Positions 41,201 to 51,377 of a stretch of DNA of 64,000 bases are shown piece by piece. Numbering within the stretch: position 1 is the stretch's first letter; every line of letters begins with the position of its first letter. Both the position numbers and the translations under genes were made by a program. The DNA is from a virus (taxonomy: Duplodnaviria > Caudoviricetes): the IMG/VR virus record IMGVR_UViG_3300026549_000895, positions 160,001 through 224,000 of that record; one strand, 5' to 3'. Under the pieces are notes generated by a model. It did not search any database. It was not told the origin of the DNA and saw nothing but the letters and a program-made list of their open reading frames with translations.

Positions 41201-44200
41201 GACCTATTCTCGCAGGTATGGCCGGAGTCCAGATGCTTGTAAAACTTGTGCAAGGTACACTCAAGAAAATTCTTGAGCCGCTTAATAAACTCTTCAAAGC
41301 ATTGTTTAAATCTTTATCGCCTATACTCGATATATTGGCTGAATCTCTAACTCCTTTCATCGAGCATGTTGTCGATACAATGGTCAATATTATAACACCA
41401 TTAATGCCGATATTAAAATCGATTTTTGAGTGTGTGGGTCCGATTCTTGATATTATCACAGTAATGCTTGATTCAATAATGGTACCATTAATGGTTATAT
41501 TTGACACTGTAATCGTGCCTGTACTTGATGTTGTAACCGGTTGTTTGAAGGTCGTTATCGGTACTCTTCAAATTGGTTTTGGCGTTGTTGAGGGTGTACT
41601 TGGATCCATACTTTCTGGAATTGGTACGGCAATAACATGGATATCATTGGGAGCTTCTTCAGCTGGTAGAAAAGTTAAAGACAAAGGAAACGAGATGTCT
41701 GAAAAGGGCGAAGAGATGATGTCGTCCGGTGCAGCATTATGGACAGAAGGTATGAAAGAAGCCGGTCTCGGTTTATTAAAATTAACAGGTCCGGGAATGA
41801 TCGCTAATGCTCTTTCAGACGATGAAAAACCTGAGAAAGAAGAAAATGAATCCGTTCAATATCAATCAAAAGTCGAAGTTCCTGAAGGCGGTTCTGCTAT
41901 GGATGGTATTGTTGGTAGTGGTGATGTTGTAAACAATTACTACTACCAGAATATGTATGGTTCAGGTAATAACACTTATAACCAGAATTCATATCATAAC
42001 GGAATGAATATGTCTCAGCATGGTTGTGGTCCTATTGCGTTGGCTGATAGAGCTAATAGAATGGGTGGTGGAATTAATCCGTATTCTTTGACACAAGCTA
42101 TGATGGCAAACGGAAATTATTCTCCGAATGCTGGTACAAGTGTTGCTGGAATGATTTCTACTGGTCATACACTTGGTATGAATCTCGTTCCCGGTGGTGT
42201 TACAGCTGCTTCACTCAGAGGAGCATCTCCAAACAATCCTATCACAGTCATTGGTTCCGGAATGGGCTTTGGTACTCGTTCGGGAGCTAATCACTATGTC
42301 AATGTAGTAGGTACCGATTCTGCTGGAGGAGCATACGTTTCTAATCCTATGACCGGACGAGTTGGTCGTGTTAAAGCGAATGAACTTGTTGCAAATTCTA
42401 AACTTGGACTGTATGGTTCAGGTGACGATGTTTCGTATAAGGAAGTATTTGGAGACAAGGTTGCTTCTGCATTCGGTGAGTTGACAAATATCTGGTCGAA
42501 TATTTCCAACATCTTCAATTTCAAAGACAATGAAACAGTTGCCGAGAAAACTCAGAAGAAAATAGACACTGAAAAGAATAAGCGTTATATAGACAATGTT
42601 AAATCTAAATATTCTGATGAAGAATGGAATGCCAAATATAATGAACTCAAAAACAAGAATCCTATCAAAGACGGAGAGTCAAAAGAGGATTATGAATATC
42701 GATTATCCTTGCTTGTCGCTAAAGAACTTGGAAGTGAGTATAATAAAAATAACAGTATCACCACTTACAAAGACTTTGGTGAGAACTTTACTAAAGATTT
42801 CGATGAATTCATGAAAACTGTCAGAACAACTATGGATGAATCTGTACAGTCTGATGGTGGAGGTAATCAATATGGTTCTTCTGGTGGATTTTATAGTAGT
42901 TCCGGTAATGTTAAACTTGCTACAGATGGCTATACTCCAGAATTTACAGACACAAATATGTCAGAATCGGTCAATGGTCGTTATATACATTCACCAATTC
43001 ATGAGTTCTTTGCAAAGATGGGTGGTCTTGATTTTGCAGAATCAAATAATAACTGGTATGGTCATTATAATGATGCACACTCAAAGGAAGGTGAAGGTTC
43101 AAACGGTAACTCGCACCAGGGTATCGATATTAACCTCGTCGGTGGTATTCGAGGAAAAACACCTGTATACGCAACAACGGACGGCGTTCTTGTAAGACAT
43201 CAACCTGAAGCTTTGGCAGACGGCGGCGGTAACTATGTAGAATGGACCGATAACGATGGAATGCACCATAGAATCATGCATCTTGATCATTTCTCTGAAG
43301 AAATGGAAGCTATGAATCCAGGCGATAAGATCATTGGAGGAAAAACCCTTCTCGGTTATTATGGTTCGACAGGACATTCAACAGGTGATCACATTCACTA
43401 TGATATTTCCCCAAATGGATATGGATCATCAGAATGGTATAATCCTTTGACCTACTTCAATTTCAAACCATCGGCAACAGGCGACGATTCTTCATCAATA
43501 GTTGGTGATACACCAGACGAACAGATGTGGCAGTGGCTTAGATACAAAGGCATGAAACTTCCTGAAGCATCAGTTGCTGGTATCATGGGCGTTTGGAAAG
43601 CAGAAGGCGTTCGTCCGAAGATGATCGAAGGTGCTTATTCAGAACCCGAAACTTCTCTTGCTGAACCGATATATGATGCAATTGTTGGCGATCCTGATAA
43701 TAATGAAGCGGGCTTGAAACAATTATGGGATTATACACCAGAGCATGCAGCAGGAAAGAATGGTGGATATTTACCAAATTATATGTATAATGGTCATCCT
43801 TGGGCTGGTATAGGTTTAGCTCAATGGACTGCCGGAAGAGCATATAAACTATTGAAGCATGCTTGGGAAGACAGACGTAATTGGTACGAATTATTACCTC
43901 AGCTTCAATTCTTTGAGAAAGAACTTCAAACGACACATACAAAAGCCGGTAACGAACTTCTCAATGGTGAAGGACATACACCTGAGGAAATGGCTGAGAT
44001 GTTCTGGACTGATTTCGAAGGATTTACGTGGGGACCTGAATCTGCATATGAAAAGAGACGACAGAACGCAAGAAATGTATATGAACAATTCAAAGGTGTT
44101 TCTGAAATTAATCCTTCAAACTTTGGATCTATCAATTCAAACTGGGATGCATATAAGGCTGGTAAGATAACATATGAACAATATCTTGCAAGTGGCGGAA

Positions 44201-45432
44201 CTCCAATCGAAGGTCCAAAAGGTGAAAAGCTTACTAAAGACGGTCCGATATGGGTTGGTAATACTTCATTCAAGAATATTGCGGAATATGTTGAATGGAA
44301 GAAGAAACAGGAAGCACAAGCTGATTATAATAGTTTCTATATTAATAATCTGAAAAAGAAATATGATAAGCCTACTCCTGATGGAAGCAATTATCGAGGT
44401 TATCCTAATATTGTTCTTCAAGATTATAAGAGAGCTGTTTTGACACCTTGGTCAGCTTACCTTGATCCGGATAGAAACGGTGTAAATGGCCTTTACATAT
44501 CTCACAATGGTGCTGAAAAGGTTCCTCATTTCGATAAGAACAAACCTGCTGATATCTATTCCGATATTAGAGAGAATGGTATGTTTGCTAACAATACAGA
44601 GGCTTTCCAATCGGCTGTTGAAGACATTATAGATTCTGACCCATCACTCGGTAATGTAAAGACATATTTGGAGTATGTTAAAAATTCAAGCAACTTGCCA
44701 ACGACCCAAGGAGGAAAAGCTACTCCTTCTCAAACAAAAACAGACCATATGAATATGCTGTATGACTATGCATTGGATAAACTTATTGGAAGAGAAAATC
44801 CTGGTTATGTTCTTAAAGATGGAAATAAGGTAATACTTGATCACATGAGTATGAAGAATAAATTCTCAGATTTAAAATATTCTTCACCTGTTCCAATCGG
44901 ATTCCAATCATATATTGGAATACATGGAAATGATTATGATGTCAAAGCCTTAAACGAATATTACAAAGGCGCTGATTCTGATGCTAAGGCACACATGACA
45001 TCGATACCAGCGATCTTCACTACCAAGGGTGTTCAAGGTATGAAGAAACTTCGTGATGCATATGGTTCTGGTGACGAGATTGCAACTGACATTGTTGACA
45101 TTCCACCAATTGATTATTCTAAATTCACTGATGAAGATTGGAATAATACTATCTGGAATTCAATGAGTAATCAAACTCCTACTCAGCAATATGTTCAGAC
45201 AGAAGATACAGCAAAGAATGATCAGATTGACAGAATACTTGCAAACGAGTTTAAGACATCAGACAAACGTACTCATGATCTTCTCGAGAAAATCTGTGAT
45301 TATCTCGAAAAAGAAAAAGAAGAAAGGCAGGGTAAACCTGATCCGAATTCTCCTAATTCTACACCACAAGGATCACAGGATATGTTTGAAAACGAAATAC
45401 CAAACTCGGTATATCGTTTGGCTCGTGGCTAA
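38236..45432 (+). CDS. Tape-measure-like tail protein with C39-like peptidase, M23 peptidase and phage tail lysozyme domains
   Basis: Amphipathic P-I/L repeats with about 11-residue period; HGCGP..NHYV..SNP; HQGID..GGGNYV..HLD..GSTGHSTGDHIH; AGIMGVWKAE..GIGLAQWT. Confidence 0.8.
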   Translation: MMSMFDFVKRSNQLMFGAAKESLTDYTRDLSELGNAANQVREKLSSGTRSARDTMNNYKSTGIVSGISNWFYGKEFELGDSDEMLFDSHEFNSGNPEWQDNDSEEAPSPLTNSSMKELVKGQVSSMYKIGSKQTEAGIANTAEIVSTMTKSSAEIIASINNVNSSLITISGKLDSLVEAIRPPQQSQSGSNDGWFDSNGRFTVRSMMQGLMNPSNLSGNAGMIGSVASMLADPNMRKMFLTPENLMSMFVMDNLKKKDFDVLGGHSVDYYGKKFQTTMHNMIEETIEKLMEKTPLGDMMGKEKYRGNLGKVDNQYTKEAAVFDKATRHSIVSIIPEYLKKMTEAITGQKWNINERGYLTTKEQANPYSRIGNVLHNASLDYEDYKHLSKIAEDKGSKISSSEMDDAQRAWIWVIVQYVIYDEGRDNITGKDIRDMLMSPKLDMYLEQAAQIYNISSGNKSKKKAKKILRDVLMMICEDRQSATSLAAAGNKYMKQVEQTARDISNNDPTAGQYVGQSSLNFDTTLNNFLSNQKEINYARERARYEQKQREELKIDELTKLNKHAAEVELNKRMKAWEKANPSSEKEEEVTSRIGLGGGNAKGGFNDFIKEMNQFSKGIYDILKSGVINVKIVTDANPQNNNNQQRSKKKRRRRKKKTNNKGSSDDSGGDADVIEDDDVVEEEETTSSTIDGIASIVQARNEANPIQTFTNNFVSDVKSNGLVSTVKNRLNTGKEIAKDKYETTKNTLKLESISDKVNAEGSKVSEMDKQRVQMVNTALQTAMQDGDGVEDKSKIRRLISNIENQDLKQEMSKTADSILTKESSDDDENGGKPKSFIGRLIGGMGGKLKTAFSFVLKPVTALLSTIGKGLKAYWDWTKKTWKSGLEDGKRGAGKIKNALFGGKSDKGSEEGTAEASSGEKKSSSGGSMMDDISSIKKTSSDLGGKSEATKSGVKTSGDKAGTKSDGGGGKAKQLLSGGFDIASMVMKLVGPILAGMAGVQMLVKLVQGTLKKILEPLNKLFKALFKSLSPILDILAESLTPFIEHVVDTMVNIITPLMPILKSIFECVGPILDIITVMLDSIMVPLMVIFDTVIVPVLDVVTGCLKVVIGTLQIGFGVVEGVLGSILSGIGTAITWISLGASSAGRKVKDKGNEMSEKGEEMMSSGAALWTEGMKEAGLGLLKLTGPGMIANALSDDEKPEKEENESVQYQSKVEVPEGGSAMDGIVGSGDVVNNYYYQNMYGSGNNTYNQNSYHNGMNMSQHGCGPIALADRANRMGGGINPYSLTQAMMANGNYSPNAGTSVAGMISTGHTLGMNLVPGGVTAASLRGASPNNPITVIGSGMGFGTRSGANHYVNVVGTDSAGGAYVSNPMTGRVGRVKANELVANSKLGLYGSGDDVSYKEVFGDKVASAFGELTNIWSNISNIFNFKDNETVAEKTQKKIDTEKNKRYIDNVKSKYSDEEWNAKYNELKNKNPIKDGESKEDYEYRLSLLVAKELGSEYNKNNSITTYKDFGENFTKDFDEFMKTVRTTMDESVQSDGGGNQYGSSGGFYSSSGNVKLATDGYTPEFTDTNMSESVNGRYIHSPIHEFFAKMGGLDFAESNNNWYGHYNDAHSKEGEGSNGNSHQGIDINLVGGIRGKTPVYATTDGVLVRHQPEALADGGGNYVEWTDNDGMHHRIMHLDHFSEEMEAMNPGDKIIGGKTLLGYYGSTGHSTGDHIHYDISPNGYGSSEWYNPLTYFNFKPSATGDDSSSIVGDTPDEQMWQWLRYKGMKLPEASVAGIMGVWKAEGVRPKMIEGAYSEPETSLAEPIYDAIVGDPDNNEAGLKQLWDYTPEHAAGKNGGYLPNYMYNGHPWAGIGLAQWTAGRAYKLLKHAWEDRRNWYELLPQLQFFEKELQTTHTKAGNELLNGEGHTPEEMAEMFWTDFEGFTWGPESAYEKRRQNARNVYEQFKGVSEINPSNFGSINSNWDAYKAGKITYEQYLASGGTPIEGPKGEKLTKDGPIWVGNTSFKNIAEYVEWKKKQEAQADYNSFYINNLKKKYDKPTPDGSNYRGYPNIVLQDYKRAVLTPWSAYLDPDRNGVNGLYISHNGAEKVPHFDKNKPADIYSDIRENGMFANNTEAFQSAVEDIIDSDPSLGNVKTYLEYVKNSSNLPTTQGGKATPSQTKTDHMNMLYDYALDKLIGRENPGYVLKDGNKVILDHMSMKNKFSDLKYSSPVPIGFQSYIGIHGNDYDVKALNEYYKGADSDAKAHMTSIPAIFTTKGVQGMKKLRDAYGSGDEIATDIVDIPPIDYSKFTDEDWNNTIWNSMSNQTPTQQYVQTEDTAKNDQIDRILANEFKTSDKRTHDLLEKICDYLEKEKEERQGKPDPNSPNSTPQGSQDMFENEIPNSVYRLARG

Positions 45433-45450
45433 TCAACAATATGCAGAGAG

Positions 45451-45474
45451 ATACCCCGCCGTATGGCGGGGTAT
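45451..45474. terminator. GC hairpin between convergent genes
   Basis: ATACCCCGCC-GTAT-GGCGGGGTAT. Confidence 0.75.
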
Positions 45475-46187
45475 TATTTGCATACATCCATTGCAATTTT
45501 CATTATATGTCCAAATAGATACATATTTTCCAATTTATATTTACCACTCTTTCCGAATGGAATATAATAATACTCAGCAAGTTTGTCTCGCAGATATTGC
45601 TGTTGGAAATGATTCAAATAATAGAACACCTCACTGGTTGGTTCATAACTTTCCAGCATAGAAAATACCTTCATCAAATATTTATGGATTCCAAACCTGT
45701 GAGCAGACAGCATATCCTTAGGGATTCCCTTATAGTCAAGGACCCCATCGGTGCTATAAAACATCTCAATTTTGCCGTACTTGATGTACGAATCATAACT
45801 GTTCCTATGTGAGAATAAAACACCATCTATATCACACTTTATTTCGGAATGATGTTTCTTGGTTATGAAGAATAAAGAATCAGAATGACACGCAATAACG
45901 TCATTGACATCTATTCCATTTTCTTCAAGAAACTGTTTTCTCAGTTTTAATTCATAAGACAGGAATGCATTTGAGAATTCTTTATCATCTCTTTGTTTCT
46001 TTCCTATTTGAACAACTCTTTCTTGTTTTGGTAAGAGTTTCAAATGTTCAATGAATTCTTTTGGTAACAGTTTATATCTTTCTGATATTGCCAATGATGC
46101 TGATATCATATCAAACTCATATATTTGTTTATGAAACGAATGAGTTATGTCATCATTGATATACAATAATTTTTCAAATATGTCCAT
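45474..46187 (-). CDS. Small divergent DNA polymerase palm-like protein
   Basis: YEFDMISAS (motif A-like) and IACHSDSLFF (motif C-like); start moved to ATG at 46187 behind RBS AAGGAG. Confidence 0.5.
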   Translation of the reverse strand: MDIFEKLLYINDDITHSFHKQIYEFDMISASLAISERYKLLPKEFIEHLKLLPKQERVVQIGKKQRDDKEFSNAFLSYELKLRKQFLEENGIDVNDVIACHSDSLFFITKKHHSEIKCDIDGVLFSHRNSYDSYIKYGKIEMFYSTDGVLDYKGIPKDMLSAHRFGIHKYLMKVFSMLESYEPTSEVFYYLNHFQQQYLRDKLAEYYYIPFGKSGKYKLENMYLFGHIMKIAMDVCK

Positions 46188-46219
46188 TGACATTTCTCCT
46201 TTGAACATAATGAATTGAA

Positions 46220-46243
46220 TGTGTGCGGGTTGCCCCGCACACA
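46220..46243 (-). terminator. Hairpin with a GCAA tetraloop
   Basis: Minus strand TGTGTGCGGG-GCAA-CCCGCACACA just downstream of 46256..46672. Confidence 0.7.
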
Positions 46244-46255
46244 CCCGTTGTTTCA

Positions 46256-46672
46256 TTACTTCTTGAATGCGTCTCTGTTTGACTCGAGCTTGAACTCCTT
46301 GTGAGCAGCTGTTGTAGAAGTGTAAGTCTCGCCCTTTCTGGAGCCCATCTGAATGATACCAGTGTGAGTCTTCTCCTCAACATCTTCAAGCTTGATTGTT
46401 GCAGGACAGCTCTTTGCATCAACTGCGGGAAGCTTGAATGCTCTGTCTTCATCCTTTACATAGTTTGCAACAAGGTCGGGAACCTTGGACAGAGTTGCAG
46501 ACATGTCGAAGTCGTCGATAGTATCAACTACATCGATCTCCTGCTTTGACGGATAACCTGCACGTGCGATAGCCTTCTTGAGATCAGTCTTGAAAGCTGT
46601 CTTGAGATCACCCTTGTTGATCTGCTCATTGCCATACTTGACGAATGCTGATAATGATGCTACTTTTGCCAT
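46256..46672 (-). CDS. Probably abundant small protein, possible divergent HU/IHF-like DNA-binding protein
   Basis: Capsid-like codon bias; helical N-part followed by the beta-arm-like EKTHTGIIQMGSRKGETYTSTTAAHKEFKL. Confidence 0.4.
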   Translation of the reverse strand: MAKVASLSAFVKYGNEQINKGDLKTAFKTDLKKAIARAGYPSKQEIDVVDTIDDFDMSATLSKVPDLVANYVKDEDRAFKLPAVDAKSCPATIKLEDVEEKTHTGIIQMGSRKGETYTSTTAAHKEFKLESNRDAFKK

Positions 46673-46759
46673 TGTTAATTACCTCCATTTTGGAATTTGT
46701 TTTTATTTTCAATTGTATGTTACAATTGAATTACGTTTTGTTATTTGTCTATGTATCTT

Positions 46760-46951
46760 TTATGCTTTAATAACACATTCAGACACACCGACGGTTTTGT
46801 TTAGATCTTCTTCCGTAATATGGTTTCCAGTTTCCGTATTGATAATCGTATAACCCTTTTTCAAAAACTTACGGATTTGATCTTCAGTTGCAGTAGGTAA
46901 CGAACCAATTAGATCGTTATCTTTGTCTGTGATCTTGATGCTGTACTCCAT
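46760..46951 (-). CDS. Small hypothetical protein
   Basis: RBS GGAGG; 63 aa. Confidence 0.5.
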   Translation of the reverse strand: MEYSIKITDKDNDLIGSLPTATEDQIRKFLKKGYTIINTETGNHITEEDLNKTVGVSECVIKA

Positions 46952-47090
46952 TTTGTTCCCTCCATTCTTAGATTGTTGGATTTGTTCTTAATTATGTATG
47001 GCATGAACATAATTAAATATTAAGTATATAATACTCGTAGGTGTTCACAGCATCTTTTATATCAATAGAATGATATAAATACATATTAAA

Positions 47091-47119
47091 TATTTCCCCC
47101 GGATATTCCGGGGGAAATA
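47091..47119. terminator. GC hairpin (CCCCGG family)
   Basis: TATTTCCCCCGGA-TAT-TCCGGGGGAAATA. Confidence 0.7.
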
Positions 47120-47130
47120 AATAACATAAA

Positions 47131-47361
47131 TTATTCTTTCAAATTCATTTCTTTATCAATCAGAGCTTTTCCTTCTTCAGCAGATTTACAAATCTTCTTT
47201 AAAGAATATGAAGTTCCGGTTATTTGTGAACGAAAGTTTCTGTCGATGTCTTGTTTGCATGCATTCCAAGACAGATTCAAATGACGTTTTGCTTCTGCTA
47301 ACTCTTCCTCAAGAGCTTCTATCTTTGCCAAGGTTCTTGCATACAGTTCATAGTTATTCAT
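47131..47361 (-). CDS. Small coiled-coil hypothetical protein
   Basis: RBS AAGGAGG; 76 aa. Confidence 0.55.
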   Translation of the reverse strand: MNNYELYARTLAKIEALEEELAEAKRHLNLSWNACKQDIDRNFRSQITGTSYSLKKICKSAEEGKALIDKEMNLKE

Positions 47362-47375
47362 AAAAGATTTCCTCC

Positions 47376-50300
47376 TTATAGAATATTGATTACGATATTA
47401 TCATCTTCAAGAATGAATAACTCAGGAACGAATCTCTCGAGTTCTTGTTTCGGAAAGTCTTCTATCTTCTTCCAACATTGAACAATCGATTGGGTATTCG
47501 CATCCATGTAGTTTCCATTAGAAGCTGATTTCTCATTAGTATACCAACCTTTGAATTTCATATACTCAACATTTGCATGAGATTCCATTTGTTGAATTAC
47601 ATGCGAAATGTAAATGTTATTGTTTGAACTGAGTATATCTGTAGCAGTATGAATCTTTGTCAAACGATTGAAATATTCTTTTACAATTGTTCGAAGTTCA
47701 TTGATTGTGTTTGTCTTAAGATTCAGATTATACAACTTGACATCGAATTCAATTTGAATATTGAGATCTGGCCAGAATATAGGAAGTGGCAATTGCTGAT
47801 TGATACCTGCTGTGTATGAATGAGGTTTTCCATATGTTGCAATCAACTTACAATCCAGATAGTTATTACCTTCCAATCTCTCAAAGATTACCGGTTCGAT
47901 AGCTGTATGAACCTGAGTAAATGCAGAAACGAATTCAGCAAACTCATCGTTCATCATGAGAGAATATTCGGTTAATGGGAACAATTGAATTTCCACACCA
48001 CCATTTACGTTGGTTGATCTGAAAGCATTGTTCAGATTTATATCGTATGAATACAGAGCAGTCCAAATAGATTCCCAATCGATATCATTTCCATCGACTG
48101 AATCTACAATCGGCTGTAAGCCAATATCGATAGTATTCCTCAATGCAATAGGAACTGGCTTTCCTACATAATCATCTGATTCATATCTATTAAAGAAATT
48201 ATTAAGAATGCCAATCAGTTCTGCTGCAATCGTTTTATAAGATGTGAATGGTAATGAGAATTCTCCAGAAGGAACAACGATATTCATCATTCTGTTATAA
48301 GCGTACTTTGTAACAGTGTAAAGATTCAACTCATTAGGATTGTAATCATCAATTGTCTTCATGTTGTTATACAGGGATTTCTGATTTTCAGTTGGTTTTG
48401 AAGATTCTCCGAAGTTAACAACTGAACGCATTTCCTTCATTTCCTGTACAAGTGACAAGTTATCGATTGTGTATTCATCAACAAGACGGAATCCTTGAAG
48501 AGAAGGTATGTTACTATAATCAGATGCTCTACCAGGATCGACAGACCTGAAGAAGATTGAAAGTTTCAATTCAGTATCTGTTGCATCAAGAGAAACGTTT
48601 GTACCAGGAGTTGTTGGAGTCCAGCTACCACCACCGTATTCAGTAGATGCTATCTTTACCATATTATCAACATCAACCATTTCTGTCAATGGTTGCATAA
48701 TGGTTTCAAATCTGATGGTACCATCATCCTCATTTGATACTGGTTCCATTTCGATGAAACCTGTTTCGGAACCATTGAGATATGCGTGAAGTACAACTCG
48801 CATATTGTTATCTTCAACAGGTAATGAATTCGTTGTAACATATACAAATGCTGTATTTGTAGGAATCAGATTGAAAGGAATTTTGTAATATGCTATAGCA
48901 CCTGCATCAGGCAAAGGTTTCATTTCAGCATACAGAACAATTGCTCCATCTCCCAAATTAGCAAGATTGAATTCATACTGTCCATTCTCATATGTTGGCG
49001 TATAAGGAGTATAAACACCAGCCGCGTTCTTAATGGTAATCTGCTTAACTGGACGACCATCCTCGTATTCAATATTTATATAGACATTCGTGAATGGTGT
49101 TCCTAAACGATAGAGTTGTGATTCTGAGAACTTGCTGTCGGGATATTCAGATGCAAGTGATACAGTCATCTTCTTAATTAATCCAACAGGAAGATTCTCA
49201 TCAAGTCTGAGTTCATAATAATATCTGTCAGTTTTTCTGTTGAATGTTAACAGATCAACGCTTGGATCAAGATCAGGATATGTTGTAATTTCAACATCAC
49301 CGGTTTCGTGCACTTCATATCCATGCCATAAACCTTGTTCACCCCAGATTTCATCAGTACCAATAACTTGAAGATTTGAACCAGACATTGGTAATGCAAC
49401 AGTTTTTGGGTTTGCTGATGAATTATCCTGAATCCATAAACCATCGAGAATCCAATCACCAGAACCATCGGTCTTTTGTGTCATTTTTCCAGTACATAAA
49501 AATGTATCAGCTGGCTTAAAAGGTAATGCTGAATCTTCTGAATTGAGAGGCAGCATAGGAATCTTTGGTGAATACAAATCAACTGGTTTGTTGAAATAAG
49601 CCCACATGTCTTCTGTGAAAACAGGAGGGTTTATATTTCCACGAGTATATTTTGCAAATGCTTCATTCTTATCTCCCCATCCAGAATCTGTAGGAGAAAT
49701 GAAAGTTGTTAAAGCATAATAATTGTCTTTATATGTTCTCTTTATATTTGTGAGAATTGGAGTTGCATGATACAACTTTGATTCATCATCAATGTTATCA
49801 TCAAGCTTTAAGTCAATGGATACTTGTGTAGAAGACAGATAGTCATTTATCCAAGGATTAAAATATCCTATTGCAAATGGTTCTTTCTGAATTCTAACAC
49901 CGAATGGATTTGCAAAGATATACTTTTCATCGATATCAATAACAGTGTTTGCAGTTTCAACAATGTTATTTGTTGACGAATCAACATATGGAGTTACTGT
50001 ATAATCATTTTCACCATACACCCAAATCCATCCCGGAGGAATAATGATTTCATTATCGGTTACAGTGTTATCATTATTACTATACAAGATATCATATGGA
50101 ATCTTTGCATGTAAAGTATTCGTCTTATAGATTTCATTATCTGAATTCTTCAATGCTAAGAAGCCACTCCATAATCTTCCCCAAGGATCATCTCTACGTT
50201 TGAAGAAGAATGGATAAAGAACATTCTTGAAGTTGAATGTTTTGAACCATTCATCTATATCATGATCAGATGAAATAACATTTGCTGTGTTATACATCTC

Positions 50301-51377
50301 GATTGTTTCACGACGAACAGTTTCCATTGTTCCGATATTAGTTCCACCCATACTTCCTGAAATGATGAAAGCTGCTTTAGTTACATTTGCATTATTGGAA
50401 TACTTGTTAGCATTCGTAAGAACATAAGGTTGTTCATCATCCTTGAAAGCTGTGAAATTAGCAGAATCACCATGACATGTATAAACCGTTATCTCATATG
50501 AAGAATTCAGTTCAGGTACGAAATAACGAGTACCATTCAATTGGAACATGAATCGAATGGTTTGTGAGTCATCCATTATATAGTGAATATACGGCTCATT
50601 GTCTTTTACCGTTGAATTTATCTGAAGAATATGATCAGCAGGTAAGTATTCATCTCGTGTTTGAGAAATGTATCGAACATCAAAACCACAAATATGATCA
50701 ACGCAACGAATCAACTTGTCAGCATTTGGCAATCCATTAGTCATGTTATTTGTAATGATATGAACTTCACGAGTATATTCAGAAGCCTGTACGAACAAAC
50801 ACAACCAGATAGGACTTACTCTATACATTATATATGTTCCTTTATTCTTCGCAACTCTGTTTGATACATCTTTATTTATGTATTGAACATTCCATGTTGT
50901 CGCTTCATTCTTATTCTTTTTCTTATGATACTGAATAAGAATATCATAATCGAGAGAATAAACAGAACCGTTTGAAAGATTGAACTTTGTATCTTTATCA
51001 AGAACGAATTCCATTATGCTCGAATCAGCATCGTTCGGAGTTGCATTATTATACAAATCTTCAATCTTCAATTCGAGTAAGAAGTTACAAGCTGATGGAG
51101 TGGCGAAAGCATATCCTAAATCAAATATTGCAGCTTCTGCATATACTGAATCAGGAAGTACTGCTTTTGTTATGAAATTCTCATTCAAGTAAAAAGCAGA
51201 AGTAAATGCCATATCCTGCATTGCTTGTGACATTGTTTCGTTCATCATACCGAGAGAACCGGTATTCAAAACATTAATTGGTATATCTTTGAACACCTTG
51301 GGTGCCAATACATATTGTATGTATTGTTTTATATTGGCATCATCTGAATAGTTGTTCAAGATGGTAACATCTGCCAT
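47376..51377 (-). CDS. Large baseplate wedge subunit (T4 gp6-like)
   Basis: ENFITKAVLPDSVYAEA..GY N-terminal pattern; ITVYTCHG..ANF and SMGG..ETVRR blocks; start placed at ATG 51377. Confidence 0.6.
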   Translation of the reverse strand: MADVTILNNYSDDANIKQYIQYVLAPKVFKDIPINVLNTGSLGMMNETMSQAMQDMAFTSAFYLNENFITKAVLPDSVYAEAAIFDLGYAFATPSACNFLLELKIEDLYNNATPNDADSSIMEFVLDKDTKFNLSNGSVYSLDYDILIQYHKKKNKNEATTWNVQYINKDVSNRVAKNKGTYIMYRVSPIWLCLFVQASEYTREVHIITNNMTNGLPNADKLIRCVDHICGFDVRYISQTRDEYLPADHILQINSTVKDNEPYIHYIMDDSQTIRFMFQLNGTRYFVPELNSSYEITVYTCHGDSANFTAFKDDEQPYVLTNANKYSNNANVTKAAFIISGSMGGTNIGTMETVRRETIEMYNTANVISSDHDIDEWFKTFNFKNVLYPFFFKRRDDPWGRLWSGFLALKNSDNEIYKTNTLHAKIPYDILYSNNDNTVTDNEIIIPPGWIWVYGENDYTVTPYVDSSTNNIVETANTVIDIDEKYIFANPFGVRIQKEPFAIGYFNPWINDYLSSTQVSIDLKLDDNIDDESKLYHATPILTNIKRTYKDNYYALTTFISPTDSGWGDKNEAFAKYTRGNINPPVFTEDMWAYFNKPVDLYSPKIPMLPLNSEDSALPFKPADTFLCTGKMTQKTDGSGDWILDGLWIQDNSSANPKTVALPMSGSNLQVIGTDEIWGEQGLWHGYEVHETGDVEITTYPDLDPSVDLLTFNRKTDRYYYELRLDENLPVGLIKKMTVSLASEYPDSKFSESQLYRLGTPFTNVYINIEYEDGRPVKQITIKNAAGVYTPYTPTYENGQYEFNLANLGDGAIVLYAEMKPLPDAGAIAYYKIPFNLIPTNTAFVYVTTNSLPVEDNNMRVVLHAYLNGSETGFIEMEPVSNEDDGTIRFETIMQPLTEMVDVDNMVKIASTEYGGGSWTPTTPGTNVSLDATDTELKLSIFFRSVDPGRASDYSNIPSLQGFRLVDEYTIDNLSLVQEMKEMRSVVNFGESSKPTENQKSLYNNMKTIDDYNPNELNLYTVTKYAYNRMMNIVVPSGEFSLPFTSYKTIAAELIGILNNFFNRYESDDYVGKPVPIALRNTIDIGLQPIVDSVDGNDIDWESIWTALYSYDINLNNAFRSTNVNGGVEIQLFPLTEYSLMMNDEFAEFVSAFTQVHTAIEPVIFERLEGNNYLDCKLIATYGKPHSYTAGINQQLPLPIFWPDLNIQIEFDVKLYNLNLKTNTINELRTIVKEYFNRLTKIHTATDILSSNNNIYISHVIQQMESHANVEYMKFKGWYTNEKSASNGNYMDANTQSIVQCWKKIEDFPKQELERFVPELFILEDDNIVINIL

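Noticed and set aside
46188-46256. N-terminal extension of the 260-aa ORF given in the track
   Set aside because: It runs through a terminator-like hairpin; a strong RBS supports the start at 46187
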